A DNA stretch of 63,278 nt, counting the filler, from Thermodesulfobacteriota bacterium (GTDB lineage: Bacteria > DASVDK01): NCBI GenBank assembly GCA_036381125.1. It is 5 parts of 5 records of this genome, joined end to end, with 100 filler letters (N's around TTAATTAATTAA, not from the genome) between each part and the next. Parts side by side here need not be neighbours in the genome. Positions count along the whole stretch, not along the records: positions 20,206 to 32,311 come from DASVDK010000219.1; positions 32,412 to 46,832 come from DASVDK010000220.1; 3 more parts are not named here. One strand, 5' to 3'. Both the position numbers and the translations under genes were made by a program. Of this stretch, positions 25,046-34,368 are shown in pieces (position 1 is the stretch's first letter; each line of letters opens with the position of its first letter). Below the pieces are notes generated by a model, which saw only the letters and a list, made by a program, of their open reading frames with translations, searched no databases and was not told where the DNA came from.

Positions 25046-26053
25046 ATGTTCGTTTCGGGCACTCGCCGCCGCTTCCTCGCCGGCTCGTCGGCCGCCCTCG
25101 GGGCGCTGTTCGGCCTTCGCCTGCCCCCCGGGACCCCTCTCGTCTGGGCGGGCCCGCAGGGCCATCCGACGCCGGAGGTCACGCCGACCGACCGGCTCTA
25201 CGTCCAGTCGTGGAACCGCACGCCGAGCGTCGACGCGTCGCGCTGGACGCTCGACATCGCGGGCGAGGTGGCGCGCCCCCTCACGCTCACCGCGGCCGAC
25301 CTGGCGGCGCGCGCCCAGGTGCGCCAGTACGTCACGCTGATCTGCATCGGCAACACCGTGTCGGGCGAGCAGATCGGCAACGTCGAGTGGACCGGCGTCC
25401 GGCTCGCCGACCTGCTCGCCGAGGCGAGGCCGCGGCCATCGGCCCGCAAGCTCCTCGTGACCGCGGCCGACCGCTTCACGCAGACCCTCACGCTCGACCT
25501 GGCCGCCGACCCGGCCACGCTCGTCGCCGTCGGCATGAACGGAGGCCCCCTCACGGCCGACCACGGCCACCCCGCCCGCCTCGTCGTGCCGGGCCGCTAC
25601 GGCGTCAAGAGCGTCAAGTGGGTCACCCGCATCGAGGCGGTGCCGACCGACGCCGTCGTCGGCTACTGGGAGCAGCGTGGCTGGGACGACGCGGCGATCG
25701 TCCGCACGACCTCGCGCGTGGACACGCCCGGCTTCTTCCAGCGCCTGTCCCGCAGCCCGGTGCTCGTCGCCGGGGTCGCCTACGCCGGGCGCCGGGGGAT
25801 CGCCTCGGTCGAGGTGTCGACGGACGGCACGCAGACCTGGCAGCCGGCCTCGGTGCGCCCGGCGCTCGGCCCCTTCGCCTGGAGCCTCTGGGCCTACGTC
25901 TGGACGCCGACGACGGCGGGCGAGCACGTCCTCGCCGCGCGCGCCACCGACGGCGAGGGAGGCCGCCAGTCGACGACGCGCGAGCGGGCCTTTCCGAAGG
26001 GGGCGGGCGGCCTCCACGAGGTGATCGTGCACGTGCTGCCGTCGGCTATTTGA
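25046..26053 (+). CDS. Tat-exported sulfite-oxidase-family molybdopterin oxidoreductase
   Basis: RRRFL Tat motif, Mo-ligand LICIGN, DHGHPARL, YGVKSVKW, Ig-like dimer domain. Confidence 0.88.
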   Translation: MFVSGTRRRFLAGSSAALGALFGLRLPPGTPLVWAGPQGHPTPEVTPTDRLYVQSWNRTPSVDASRWTLDIAGEVARPLTLTAADLAARAQVRQYVTLICIGNTVSGEQIGNVEWTGVRLADLLAEARPRPSARKLLVTAADRFTQTLTLDLAADPATLVAVGMNGGPLTADHGHPARLVVPGRYGVKSVKWVTRIEAVPTDAVVGYWEQRGWDDAAIVRTTSRVDTPGFFQRLSRSPVLVAGVAYAGRRGIASVEVSTDGTQTWQPASVRPALGPFAWSLWAYVWTPTTAGEHVLAARATDGEGGRQSTTRERAFPKGAGGLHEVIVHVLPSAI

Positions 26054-26870
26054 AGAGACGCCTGACGCGCTGCGCCGCGGAGGGCGGCAGCAGGGCGGCC
26101 CGGGCCAGCGCGTCGAGCATCCGCCGCACGCGGGCGCGGACGCCCCGGCCGGCCGGGGCGGCGACCGGCACGCCGACCGGTGGCTCGGGGGTCGGCTCGA
26201 CCACCCACCCCTCTCGGGTGCGCAGGAAGACCTCGGGCAGCCTCGGCCCGTCGCCGGCCGACGGCAGGCGGGTGAGGCGCAACCCCTCCCGGGTCTCCTC
26301 GACGACGTACCGGCCGGCGTGGCGATCGAGGCCGATGGCGAGCGCCCGGACGTGGTCCTCGTCGAAGCCGGTGGCGAGGCGCAGGACGCCGTTCACGACG
26401 TGCGCGCAGAGGTCCGTGGACTCGGTGAAGAGGGTGACGCGGCGATCCCGGCACTCCACGTACAGGCCGTCGCCGAGGCGCCTCGGGGTCCAGCGCTCGG
26501 CCGACTCGAGGCCGAGGCTCGCCATGGCGGCCCCCGTGGGGCGCTGCGGCGCGAAGAGGAGCATGGCGTGATCGGCGTCCTGGACGGCCCGGGTGGCGAA
26601 GAGCCTGAGCGCCCCGCCCGGCTCGCACGCGTAGTAGGGCGTCCCGTCTATCGGTCCGCCCCCCACGCCCGTCACCCGGCAGAGGTCCGCGAGGCTGCGG
26701 TCGTAGAGGTCGGGTGACTCGAGGTAGGTGACGATGAGCCAGTCGCGCGCGAAGGGCGCGAGCCGGAGCGCCGGCAGGTCGGCGAGCGACAACCCCGAGG
26801 CGCTGACGGCGCGCACGGGGCCCGACCCGGCCGGCCGGATCTCGAGGTCGAACTCGACGGCGGCGTCCAC
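26046..26870 (-). CDS. Hypothetical protein
   Basis: 274 aa protein-like ORF filling the gap between two genes; no motif recognised. Confidence 0.6.
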   Translation of the reverse strand: MDAAVEFDLEIRPAGSGPVRAVSASGLSLADLPALRLAPFARDWLIVTYLESPDLYDRSLADLCRVTGVGGGPIDGTPYYACEPGGALRLFATRAVQDADHAMLLFAPQRPTGAAMASLGLESAERWTPRRLGDGLYVECRDRRVTLFTESTDLCAHVVNGVLRLATGFDEDHVRALAIGLDRHAGRYVVEETREGLRLTRLPSAGDGPRLPEVFLRTREGWVVEPTPEPPVGVPVAAPAGRGVRARVRRMLDALARAALLPPSAAQRVRRLFK

Positions 26871-26900
26871 GGCTACATCTTACTCGAAGGGGAGCCGGAC

Positions 26901-27698
26901 GTGAGCCGGCTCGCGCGCCTCGTCGATCGCCTGGGCGCCATGGCGTTCGCCGCGTCGCCCGCCCTCCAGCGTCACTGGGCCCGGCGGCGGGTGGTCCGGT
27001 CGACCGACGTGCCCTGGGCGCCTCCGCCCGTGGCGCTCTCCGCGGCGACGGTGGCGCTCGTGACGACCGCAGGCGTCCACCTCGACACCGACCCCCCCTT
27101 CGACCTCGACGCGCGCGACGGGGACCCGACCTTCCGACGGATCCCGCGCGGCGTCGACCGGCGGCGGCTCGTCGTGAGCCACGGCCACTACGACAGCCGC
27201 GACGTCCGGCGCGACGTGAACGTCGTGCTCCCGCTCGACCGGCTCGAGGAGCTGGCGGCGGCCGGGCGGATCGGCGGCGTGGCGCCGGTGCACTACGGCT
27301 TCGGCTGGATCCGGGACGTGGCGCCGCTCGTCGGTCGGACGGCGCCGGTCGTGGCGCGGGAGCTCGTCGCCGCCCGCGTCGGCGCGGTGGTCCTCACGCC
27401 GGCCTGACCCTCCTGCAATCAGTCCGTGGGACTGATCGCGAGGGTCATCGAGGCGGCCGGCATCCCCACCGTCTGCATCTCGCTCGTGCGGGAGGTGACC
27501 GAGCGGGTGAAGCCGCCGCGCGCGATCCATCTGCGGTGGCCGATGGGGCACCCGCTCGGCGAGCCGGGCCGCCCGGCCCAGCAGCGCCAGGTGCTCGAGG
27601 ACGCCCTCGACCTCCTGATGTCGGCGTCGACGCCCGGCGTGATCGTCGACCTGCCGTACCGGTGGCGCAGGGAGCGCTATCGGGGGGAGGAGCGGTAG
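26901..27698 (+). CDS. Selenoprotein of the glycine/betaine/D-proline reductase B (GrdB/PrdB-like) family; Sec at UGA 27405-27407
   Basis: ALVTTAGVH, GDPTFR, HYD...DVNVVLPLDRL, then in frame LTPA-U-PSCNQSVGLIARVIEAAGIPTV; joins two ORFs of the track. Confidence 0.88.
27405..27447 (+). promoter_or_regulatory. Bacterial SECIS-like hairpin
   Basis: TGACCCTC/GAGGGTCA lower stem, ATCAGTCC/GGACTGAT upper stem, GTG apical loop. Confidence 0.8.
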
Positions 27699-28234
27699 CG
27701 CGGCGGCTGGCAGGCCCCGGGGTCGTCCGACTCGGCGCCCACCCGGAGCGCCGCCTCGACGAGCGCCTCGAGGCCCTTCAGCACGCGCTCCCGATCGCGA
27801 GCGGTCATCCGGGCGAGCACCGACTCGAGGCGTCCGGCCCGCAGCCGTTCGAGCTCGGCGACCAGGCCTCGTCCCTCCGCCGTGAGCGTCAGCGTGCAGA
27901 CACGCCGGTCGGCCGGATCGCTGCCGCGGCTCACGAAGCCCTTGTGCTGCAGGCGATCGACGAGCTGCGTGACGTTCGGCAAGGTGACCCCGAAGTGCCT
28001 CGCAACGTCGCCCATCGCACAGCCCGGATGCCGGGCCACGTAGTTCAGCATCTGCGCCTGCGCGAAGGTGAGCTCGATCTCGGCCACCCTCGACGACCAG
28101 AACAGGTGGCGGAACGCGGCGCCGAGGAGCGTCCGCAAGAGCTCGAGTAGCCGGCCCGCGTCCGACCGGAGATCGCTCTCCCCTCTCCGCCCCGCCCCCG
28201 ACCGGGACGGCGGCCGCCCGCCGCGCGTGGTCAT
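27677..28234 (-). CDS. MarR family transcriptional regulator
   Basis: LTFAQ, VTQLVDRL..KGFV.R..DPADRR, LTAEG. Confidence 0.9.
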   Translation of the reverse strand: MTTRGGRPPSRSGAGRRGESDLRSDAGRLLELLRTLLGAAFRHLFWSSRVAEIELTFAQAQMLNYVARHPGCAMGDVARHFGVTLPNVTQLVDRLQHKGFVSRGSDPADRRVCTLTLTAEGRGLVAELERLRAGRLESVLARMTARDRERVLKGLEALVEAALRVGAESDDPGACQPPRYRSSPR

Positions 28235-28255
28235 TGCCCGATGCTACACTGCCTT

Positions 28256-28280
28256 GATATGTTAGTCAATTAAGCATATC
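28256..28280. promoter_or_regulatory. Putative MarR operator / AT-rich divergent promoter
   Basis: GATATGTTAG-TCAAT-TAAGCATATC imperfect palindrome between marR and emrA. Confidence 0.55.
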
Positions 28281-28294
28281 CGACGGAGGCGCCG

Positions 28295-29410
28295 ATGACC
28301 GACGAGTCAGCCCCCTCGCACCCCCGAACGCCGCCGGTCCGGCGGCGAACGCCCCGGCGTCCGTCCCTCAGGGCCGTCCTCCTCGCGCTCGGTCCGCTGG
28401 CGCTCGCGGTGGCGGCGGCCGTCGTGTACCTCACGAGCGGCCGGTACGTCTCGACGGACAACGCCTACGTCAAGGCCCCCTCCGTCGTCGTCAGCGCGGA
28501 GGTGAGCGGCCGCGTGGTCGAGGTCGCCGTCGCCGAGAACCAACCGGTCACGGCCGGCACCCTCCTCGTCCGGATCGACCCGGAGCCCTTCCGCATCGCG
28601 CTCGCCCAGGCCGAGGCGCACCTCGCGGGCGTCCGCAACGAGATCGCGGCGCTGCGGGCCAGCGCCCGCCAGAAGCGACACGAGCTCGAGCTGGCCGAGG
28701 CGAACCTCGCCTACTCCGAGCAGCAGCTCCTGCGCCAGGAGCGACTCGTGGCCGAGCGGATCGCGGCCCGCGACCGGCTCGACGAGGCCCGCCGCAACGC
28801 CGACGTGGCGCGGCGGCAGGTCGAGGCCCTGAGGGAGGAGATCGAGGGGATCCTGGCCACCCTCGGCGGCAACCCCGACATCGCCGCCGAGGCGCACCCG
28901 CGCTACCTCGAGGCCAGGGGCGCCCGCGACCAGGCGGCGCTCGCTCTCAGGCGCACCACGATCACGGCCCCGGGCAGCGGCGTCGCGAGCCAGGTCGCCC
29001 GGTTGCGACCGGGCGACTACGTGGAGGCGGGCGATCCTCTCCTCACGCTCGTGGACATCGACCACGTCTGGGTGGAGGCCAACTTCAAGGAGACCGACCT
29101 GGCCCGCATCCGTCCGGGGGCGCCGGCCACTGTGGAGGTGGACACCTACCCCGACCGCACGTTCGACGCGGAGGTCGAGAGCGTGAGCCCCGCAACCGGC
29201 GCCGAGTTCTCGGTGCTGCCGCCGCAGAACGCCACCGGCAACTGGGTGAAGGTGGTGCAGCGGATCCCGGTGCGGCTCGCCATCCACCCGCACGGCGGCG
29301 AGCCGCCCCTCCGGGCGGGCATGAGCGCGACGGTCACGGTCGACACCGGCCGTCACACCCCCATCGACCGGCTCGTGGCGGCGCTGCCGTGGGTCGGTGC
29401 GCCGAGGTGA
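28295..29410 (+). CDS. emrA: EmrA/HlyD membrane fusion protein
   Basis: STDNAYV, WVEANFKET, LPPQNATGNWVKVVQRIPV. Confidence 0.92.
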   Translation: MTDESAPSHPRTPPVRRRTPRRPSLRAVLLALGPLALAVAAAVVYLTSGRYVSTDNAYVKAPSVVVSAEVSGRVVEVAVAENQPVTAGTLLVRIDPEPFRIALAQAEAHLAGVRNEIAALRASARQKRHELELAEANLAYSEQQLLRQERLVAERIAARDRLDEARRNADVARRQVEALREEIEGILATLGGNPDIAAEAHPRYLEARGARDQAALALRRTTITAPGSGVASQVARLRPGDYVEAGDPLLTLVDIDHVWVEANFKETDLARIRPGAPATVEVDTYPDRTFDAEVESVSPATGAEFSVLPPQNATGNWVKVVQRIPVRLAIHPHGGEPPLRAGMSATVTVDTGRHTPIDRLVAALPWVGAPR

Positions 29411-30951
29411 GCGCGGCGCGGCCCGTGGAGGGCGGTGCGCCGCACGTCGGCGCGATCACCGTCTCGATCATGCTGCCGACCATCATGCAGGCGCTCGACA
29501 CCACGATCGCGAACGTCGCCCTGCCGCACATGCAGGGCGGCCTGTCGGCCACGCAGGACCAGACCGCCTGGGTGCTCACGTCCTACATCGTGGCCGCGGC
29601 GATCATGACCCCGCCCACCGGCTTCCTCGCCGCGCGCTTCGGGCGCAAGCGGCTCTTCCTCACCGCGGTCGCGGGCTTCACGGCGGCCTCGATGCTCTGC
29701 GGCCTCGCCGGGTCGCTCGGCCAGATGGTCGTCTTCCGGGTCCTGCAGGGCCTCTTCGGCGCGTCGCTCGTCCCGCTCTCGCAGGCGGTGCTGTTCGACA
29801 CCTATCCGCGGGAGCGGCACGCCTCGGCCATGGCGCTCTGGGGCATCGGGGTCATGGTCGGGCCGATCCTCGGCCCGGTGCTCGGCGGGTACCTGACGGA
29901 GTACTACAGCTGGCGCTGGATCTTCTACATCAACCTCCCCTTCGGGATCCTGGCCTTCCTCGGCATCCTCGCCTTCGTGCCGGAGACCCCGCCCGATGCC
30001 GAGCGTCCCTTCGACCTGTTCGGCTTCCTCGTGCTGAGCGCGGCCATCGGCGCCTTCCAGCTCATGCTGGATCGCGGAGAACAGGTCGACTGGTTCCAGT
30101 CGGCCGAGATCGTCACGTACGCCGCGCTCTCGGCGCTCGGCCTCTACCTCTTCGTCGTGCAGATGGCGACCGCGCCCAGGCCGTTCCTCGAGCCGGCGGT
30201 CTTCCGCGACAGGAACTTCCTGACCGGGCTCCTCTTCATCTTCCTCGTCGGCGTCATCCTGCTCGCGACCCTGGCCCTGCTGCCGCCGTTCCTCCAGAAC
30301 CTGATGGGCTACCCGGTCATCCTCGCCGGGATCGTCCTCGCGCCGCGCGGCCTCGGCACCATGGCCGCCATGACGGTCGTCGGCCGGCTGGTGGGCCGCG
30401 TCGACACGCGGCTCGTCATGCTCGCGGGGCTCCTGCTGACCGCGCTGTCGCTCTGGCAGATGACGGGGTTCACGACGGACGTCGGGCGGGGCGTGATCGT
30501 CTGGACCGGCCTGGTGCAGGGGCTCGGACTCGGTTTCATTTTCGTGCCGCTCAGCACGTTGACGTTCGCCACGCTGCCGCCGCGCCTCCGGACGGAGGCG
30601 GCCGGGGTCTACAGCCTCGTGCGCAACATCGGCAGCAGCGTCGGGATCTCGATCGTCGTGAGCCTGCTTGCGCGCAACACCCAGATCAACCACGCCGCGC
30701 TGGCCGAGCGGATCACCCCGTTCAACCCCCTCCTGCGCGAGCCGTCCCTCCCGGCCGCCTGGAGCCTCGACGCGCCGGCGGGCGTCGCCGCCCTGAACGC
30801 CGAGATCACCAGGCAGGCCCAGACGATCGCCTACCTGGACGACTTCCGGCTCATGCTGGTCGTGACGCTCCTCGTGATGCCGCTCCTCGCCCTGCTCCGC
30901 GCGCCCAGGGGCGGGCCGGCGCAGGCGCCGGCGGCGGCAATGGCCGAGTGA
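29407..30951 (+). CDS. emrB: DHA2 (EmrB/QacA) MFS efflux permease
   Basis: LDTTIANVALP, WVLTSY, WRWIFYINLP. Confidence 0.93.
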   Translation: MSAARPVEGGAPHVGAITVSIMLPTIMQALDTTIANVALPHMQGGLSATQDQTAWVLTSYIVAAAIMTPPTGFLAARFGRKRLFLTAVAGFTAASMLCGLAGSLGQMVVFRVLQGLFGASLVPLSQAVLFDTYPRERHASAMALWGIGVMVGPILGPVLGGYLTEYYSWRWIFYINLPFGILAFLGILAFVPETPPDAERPFDLFGFLVLSAAIGAFQLMLDRGEQVDWFQSAEIVTYAALSALGLYLFVVQMATAPRPFLEPAVFRDRNFLTGLLFIFLVGVILLATLALLPPFLQNLMGYPVILAGIVLAPRGLGTMAAMTVVGRLVGRVDTRLVMLAGLLLTALSLWQMTGFTTDVGRGVIVWTGLVQGLGLGFIFVPLSTLTFATLPPRLRTEAAGVYSLVRNIGSSVGISIVVSLLARNTQINHAALAERITPFNPLLREPSLPAAWSLDAPAGVAALNAEITRQAQTIAYLDDFRLMLVVTLLVMPLLALLRAPRGGPAQAPAAAMAE

Positions 30952-30957
30952 CGCGCC

Positions 30958-32311
30958 TTACGGGTTGCCCTGCAGGTGGACGGGGTCGGGCGAATGTGCG
31001 CCGGCGGCCGCCTTCCTGCGGCCGCGACGGATCCCGAGCCGGATGACGATCGTGCTGGCGGCGAGCCCGACGGCCGAGACGACCAGGGCGGCGACCCAGA
31101 GCGGCAGCACGCCTGCCAGCAGGACCACCGCGGCGGCGCAGAGGTAGAGGAGCCCCACGCAGGCGACCACGACGCCCCCGGCGGCCAGGCTGACGCCCCG
31201 GGCGAGGCGGCGGGACGCGGCTCGCAACTCCGCCGTGGCGAGCCGCGCCTGGAGCGCGACGAGCCGCTGGGTCTCGCGACCGGCCGCCTGGAAGGCCTCG
31301 ATCACCCCTCGCGCCTCGGCGGGGGGAGGTGCCTGCGGGGGACGCGACGCCGACGGATCGGCGGGCGCCGCGTCGGTCGGCTCGGGGCGGCGGACGAGAT
31401 GGAGGTGGCGCCGCTCGCCGCGACGGCGCTCCCTCTTGCGACGCTCCTCGCCGGGAGGCAGCGCGGGCGGCGGCCCCGGCTTCCGCCATTCGCTCGCCGG
31501 CTCCCTCGGCGCGGCCGCCTCGCGCGGCGCCGCGGCGCGGCCGGCCCCGGTGTCGGACTGCCGCTTCGCGCCCGGGCGCTTGCCCGCCGGCGCGAGGTGC
31601 TCGATGACCGCGTTGGTCTCGCCGCCGAGGAGCAGGAAGAACCCGGTCAGGTAGAGCCACGTGAGCAGGACGATCACGGCGCCGAGCGAGCCGTAGGTGG
31701 CGTCGTAGGACCCGAAGCGCCGGACGTAGAGCGAGAAGCCGATCGAGGCGAGCACCCAGCCGACGACGGCGAGGACGCTGCCGGGCGTGAGCCACCGGAA
31801 GTCCTGCTCGACGTTCGGCGCCACGTAGTAGACGCCGGCGAGGACGAGCGCGAGCAGGACCAGCGCCGTCGGCCAGCGGATCCAGACCCATGCCGCGTCG
31901 AACGCCTCGCCGAGGCCGGCGTAGGCGGCCAGCACATGGCCGATCTGCGGCCCGAAGATGAGGAGCGCGAAGGCGACGATCGCGAGCAGGGAGAAGCCGA
32001 ACGTCGCGAGCAGCGAGATGCCGTAGTACTTCCACCAGGGCCGCGACTCCTCGACGTCGTAGGCCCGGTTGAGCGACGACATGATCGCCCGGAAGCCGGC
32101 CGACGCGCCCCAGAGGGCGAGCAGGACGCCGAAGGAGAGGAGCCCGCCCCGCTGCCGGGTCGTGACGGTCTCGATGGTGTCGCGGACGAGCGACAGCGCC
32201 TGGGGCGGCAGGACGCGCGACGCCGCCTCCATCATGCGGTCGAAGAGGTCGGGGATCGGCAGGTAGCCGATCAGCGTCACCAGGAAGAGCATCAGGGGGA
32301 AGAGGCTGAAG
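30958..32311 (-). CDS. YihY/BrkB family membrane protein with C-terminal phage-holin-like (YqjE/DUF1469) domain; 5' truncated
   Basis: LNRAYDVEESRPWW, YDATYGSLGAVIVLLTWLY, then LQARLATAEL...LWVAALVV. Confidence 0.8.
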
Positions 32312-32411
32312 NNNNNNNNNNNNNNNNNNNNNNNNNNNNNNNNNNNNNNNNNNNNTTAATTAATTAANNNNNNNNNNNNNNNNNNNNNNNNNNNNNNNNN
32401 NNNNNNNNNNN
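32312..32411. other. Artificial contig linker
   Basis: N-run with TTAATTAATTAA. Confidence 0.97.
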
Positions 32412-32440
32412 GTTCCAGGATTAGGGAGCAGGGTGGATGT

Positions 32441-32472
32441 GGTCAGGAGGGGGCGTCGACCCCCTCCTGACC
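32441..32472. terminator. Strong hairpin downstream of the BON gene (terminator-like, no U tract)
   Basis: GGTCAGGAGGGGG-CGTCGA-CCCCCTCCTGACC, perfect 13-bp stem. Confidence 0.5.
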
Positions 32473-32536
32473 GCGGAGAAAGCGGCGCACCCGCCACCGC
32501 GGCGGATGCGCCCATCGGACAGCGTCCTGGGGAGGG

Positions 32537-33307
32537 TCAGGACGTCTGGCCCGACTCGATGTTCGTCTTCACCGCCCGGACGCCGTCGACGGCGCGTGCC
32601 GCCTCGGTGGCCGTGAGGATGTCCCGGACGTTCCCGACCGTGCCGTCGAGCGTCACCACGCCGTCGTCCACGCTCACCTCGATCGCGGTGCCCTGCGGAC
32701 CCTTCAGCGTGTTGCCGTCCGCCTGGAGCTGACCGGAGGTCCAGCGCTTCTGGATCTGCTGGCGTACCTCGCTGGCGATCTGCTCGTCGTCGCGCCTGGC
32801 GACGCCGGAGGCGCCCGGGGCGCTCGTCGTCGTGTCCTGTGCGGTGGTGCCGCCGGCCTGGCCCGACTGGCTCGGCCTGACCGTGAGCTGGTCCTGCACC
32901 TGCTGGACGCCTTCGATGCCGCGGGCGATCTGCACCGCCCTGGCCTTCTGGTCCTGGCTCTCGACCTCGCCCGTCAAGGTCACGACCGCGCCCGAGGTGT
33001 CGACGTTGATGTCCGTGCCGCTCACCGCCTCGTCGGCGTAGAGGGCGAGCTTCGCCTTGGCCGTGATCCACGCGTCCGAGAGCGGCTGCCCGGAGCCGGT
33101 CTGGCGCTCGACGGCCTCGCCGCCTTGCTGCGCGTCGCGGGCGCCTTCCTGCGCCGCCTGCCCGGTCTCGCGGGCGCCCTGCGAGACGTCCCGTCCCGCT
33201 TCGCGCGCCCCCTGCTGCACGTCCTGCGCCGCCGCCGGCCCCGCGAGGGCGAGCAGGGCGGCGCCGGCGAAGGCCAGCGTCTGTCGTGTCTCGATCCATC
33301 CGGTCAT
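32537..33307 (-). CDS. OsmY-like secreted double BON-domain protein
   Basis: Signal peptide, SDAWITAKAK, INVDT.GAVVTLTG, second BON domain. Confidence 0.88.
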   Translation of the reverse strand: MTGWIETRQTLAFAGAALLALAGPAAAQDVQQGAREAGRDVSQGARETGQAAQEGARDAQQGGEAVERQTGSGQPLSDAWITAKAKLALYADEAVSGTDINVDTSGAVVTLTGEVESQDQKARAVQIARGIEGVQQVQDQLTVRPSQSGQAGGTTAQDTTTSAPGASGVARRDDEQIASEVRQQIQKRWTSGQLQADGNTLKGPQGTAIEVSVDDGVVTLDGTVGNVRDILTATEAARAVDGVRAVKTNIESGQTS

Positions 33308-33336
33308 CGCCCGTCTCCGTTCTGCAAGGGGGGTGT

Positions 33337-33353
33337 CGCAGAGAGCGTGCCAA
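33337..33353 (-). promoter_or_regulatory. Sigma54 (-24/-12) promoter
   Basis: TTGGCACGCTCTCTGCG on the minus strand. Confidence 0.6.
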
Positions 33354-33391
33354 AAGGGAGGGGCGGTTCGGCGGCCGGCTTACGCCCTCGC

Positions 33392-33407
33392 CGGCACGGC
33401 TCGTGCG
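33392..33407 (+). promoter_or_regulatory. Sigma54 (-24/-12) promoter
   Basis: CGGCACGGCTCGTGCG (GG-N10-GC). Confidence 0.45.
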
Positions 33408-33459
33408 ACGTGGCGCACGGGCGGCCGGGAGGTCCCGGCCCTCTCGCAGGAGGCAAGCG

Positions 33460-34170
33460 ATGGTGCGAGGACCCGGGGGCAACCTTGGCGACGACGAGGA
33501 CTACACCCAGCTACCGGACGAGGACATCCAGCGCGCCGTGCTCGAGCACCTCCAGGCCGATCAGACCGTGGACGCGTCGGAGATCGACGCGGTCGTGGAG
33601 GACGGCTCGGTCCGGCTCGTCGGTACGGTCGGCAGCGAGGTGGAGCGTGAGGCGGCCGAGATCATCGTCACCGACACCCTCGGGCTCGATCTGGCGGCCA
33701 ACGAGCTGCGCGTGGAGCCGACGGCGCGCGAAGGCGCGCGGGCGGCCCACGAGCCCGACGCCGAGACCGCCATGGGGGAGCCTGGAGAGACCGGCCGCGA
33801 GGGGAGCGGCGAGCAGGTGACCGGGATGGCGGAGTACGAGTTCGAGGGGGAGACCGACCTGTCGGAGGCGATCGGCACGGAGGACCCCATGGAGGCCTCG
33901 GACGAGGGACGCTCGTTCACGCCCCCCGACGCGCCGAACATCGAGGCGCTTGCGGAGACCGATCCGCCGCACGGGTTCGCCGAGGACCAGCCGCGCCCCA
34001 CGAACAAGCCGGCCCGCCCGCCCGGCACCGAGGGAGCCGTCGGCCGGGCGATGGGGGAGGCATCCCCCTCCGGCCTGCGGCGCGTGGCGACCGAGAGCGC
34101 CGGGCAGTTCAAGGAGGCGATGCGCGAGCGCGAGAGGCGGGGACGAGACCGGAGACAGGGGCCGTCTTGA
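33460..34170 (+). CDS. Cytoplasmic BON-domain protein with acidic tail
   Basis: PDEDIQRAV...IDAVVEDGSVRLVGTV...NELRV; AGGAGG RBS. Confidence 0.75.
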   Translation: MVRGPGGNLGDDEDYTQLPDEDIQRAVLEHLQADQTVDASEIDAVVEDGSVRLVGTVGSEVEREAAEIIVTDTLGLDLAANELRVEPTAREGARAAHEPDAETAMGEPGETGREGSGEQVTGMAEYEFEGETDLSEAIGTEDPMEASDEGRSFTPPDAPNIEALAETDPPHGFAEDQPRPTNKPARPPGTEGAVGRAMGEASPSGLRRVATESAGQFKEAMRERERRGRDRRQGPS

Positions 34171-34232
34171 CGGGTGGGCCGCCAGACCGCTAGACTTACG
34201 AGCCTTTTCGGTCCGGCTCCCTATCCCGTCGA

Positions 34233-34306
34233 GGCGCGGTAGCCAAGCGGTAAGGCAGAGGACTGCAAATCCTTGACCGCCGGTTCGATTCCGGCCCGCG
34301 CCTCCA
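34233..34306 (+). tRNA. tRNA-Cys(GCA)
   Basis: GGCGCGG acceptor, GAGGA-CTGCAAA-TCCTT anticodon arm, GGTTCGATTCC, encoded CCA. Confidence 0.96.
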
Positions 34307-34368
34307 TCCCCTCCGTTCCCCATCGATGCCCGGTCGGGGCCGCGCTTCAGGTGAGCGGCCCGGCGGGC

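Noticed and set aside
27426-27698. Separate 90-aa gene
   Set aside because: It is the C-terminal part of the selenoprotein read through UGA 27405
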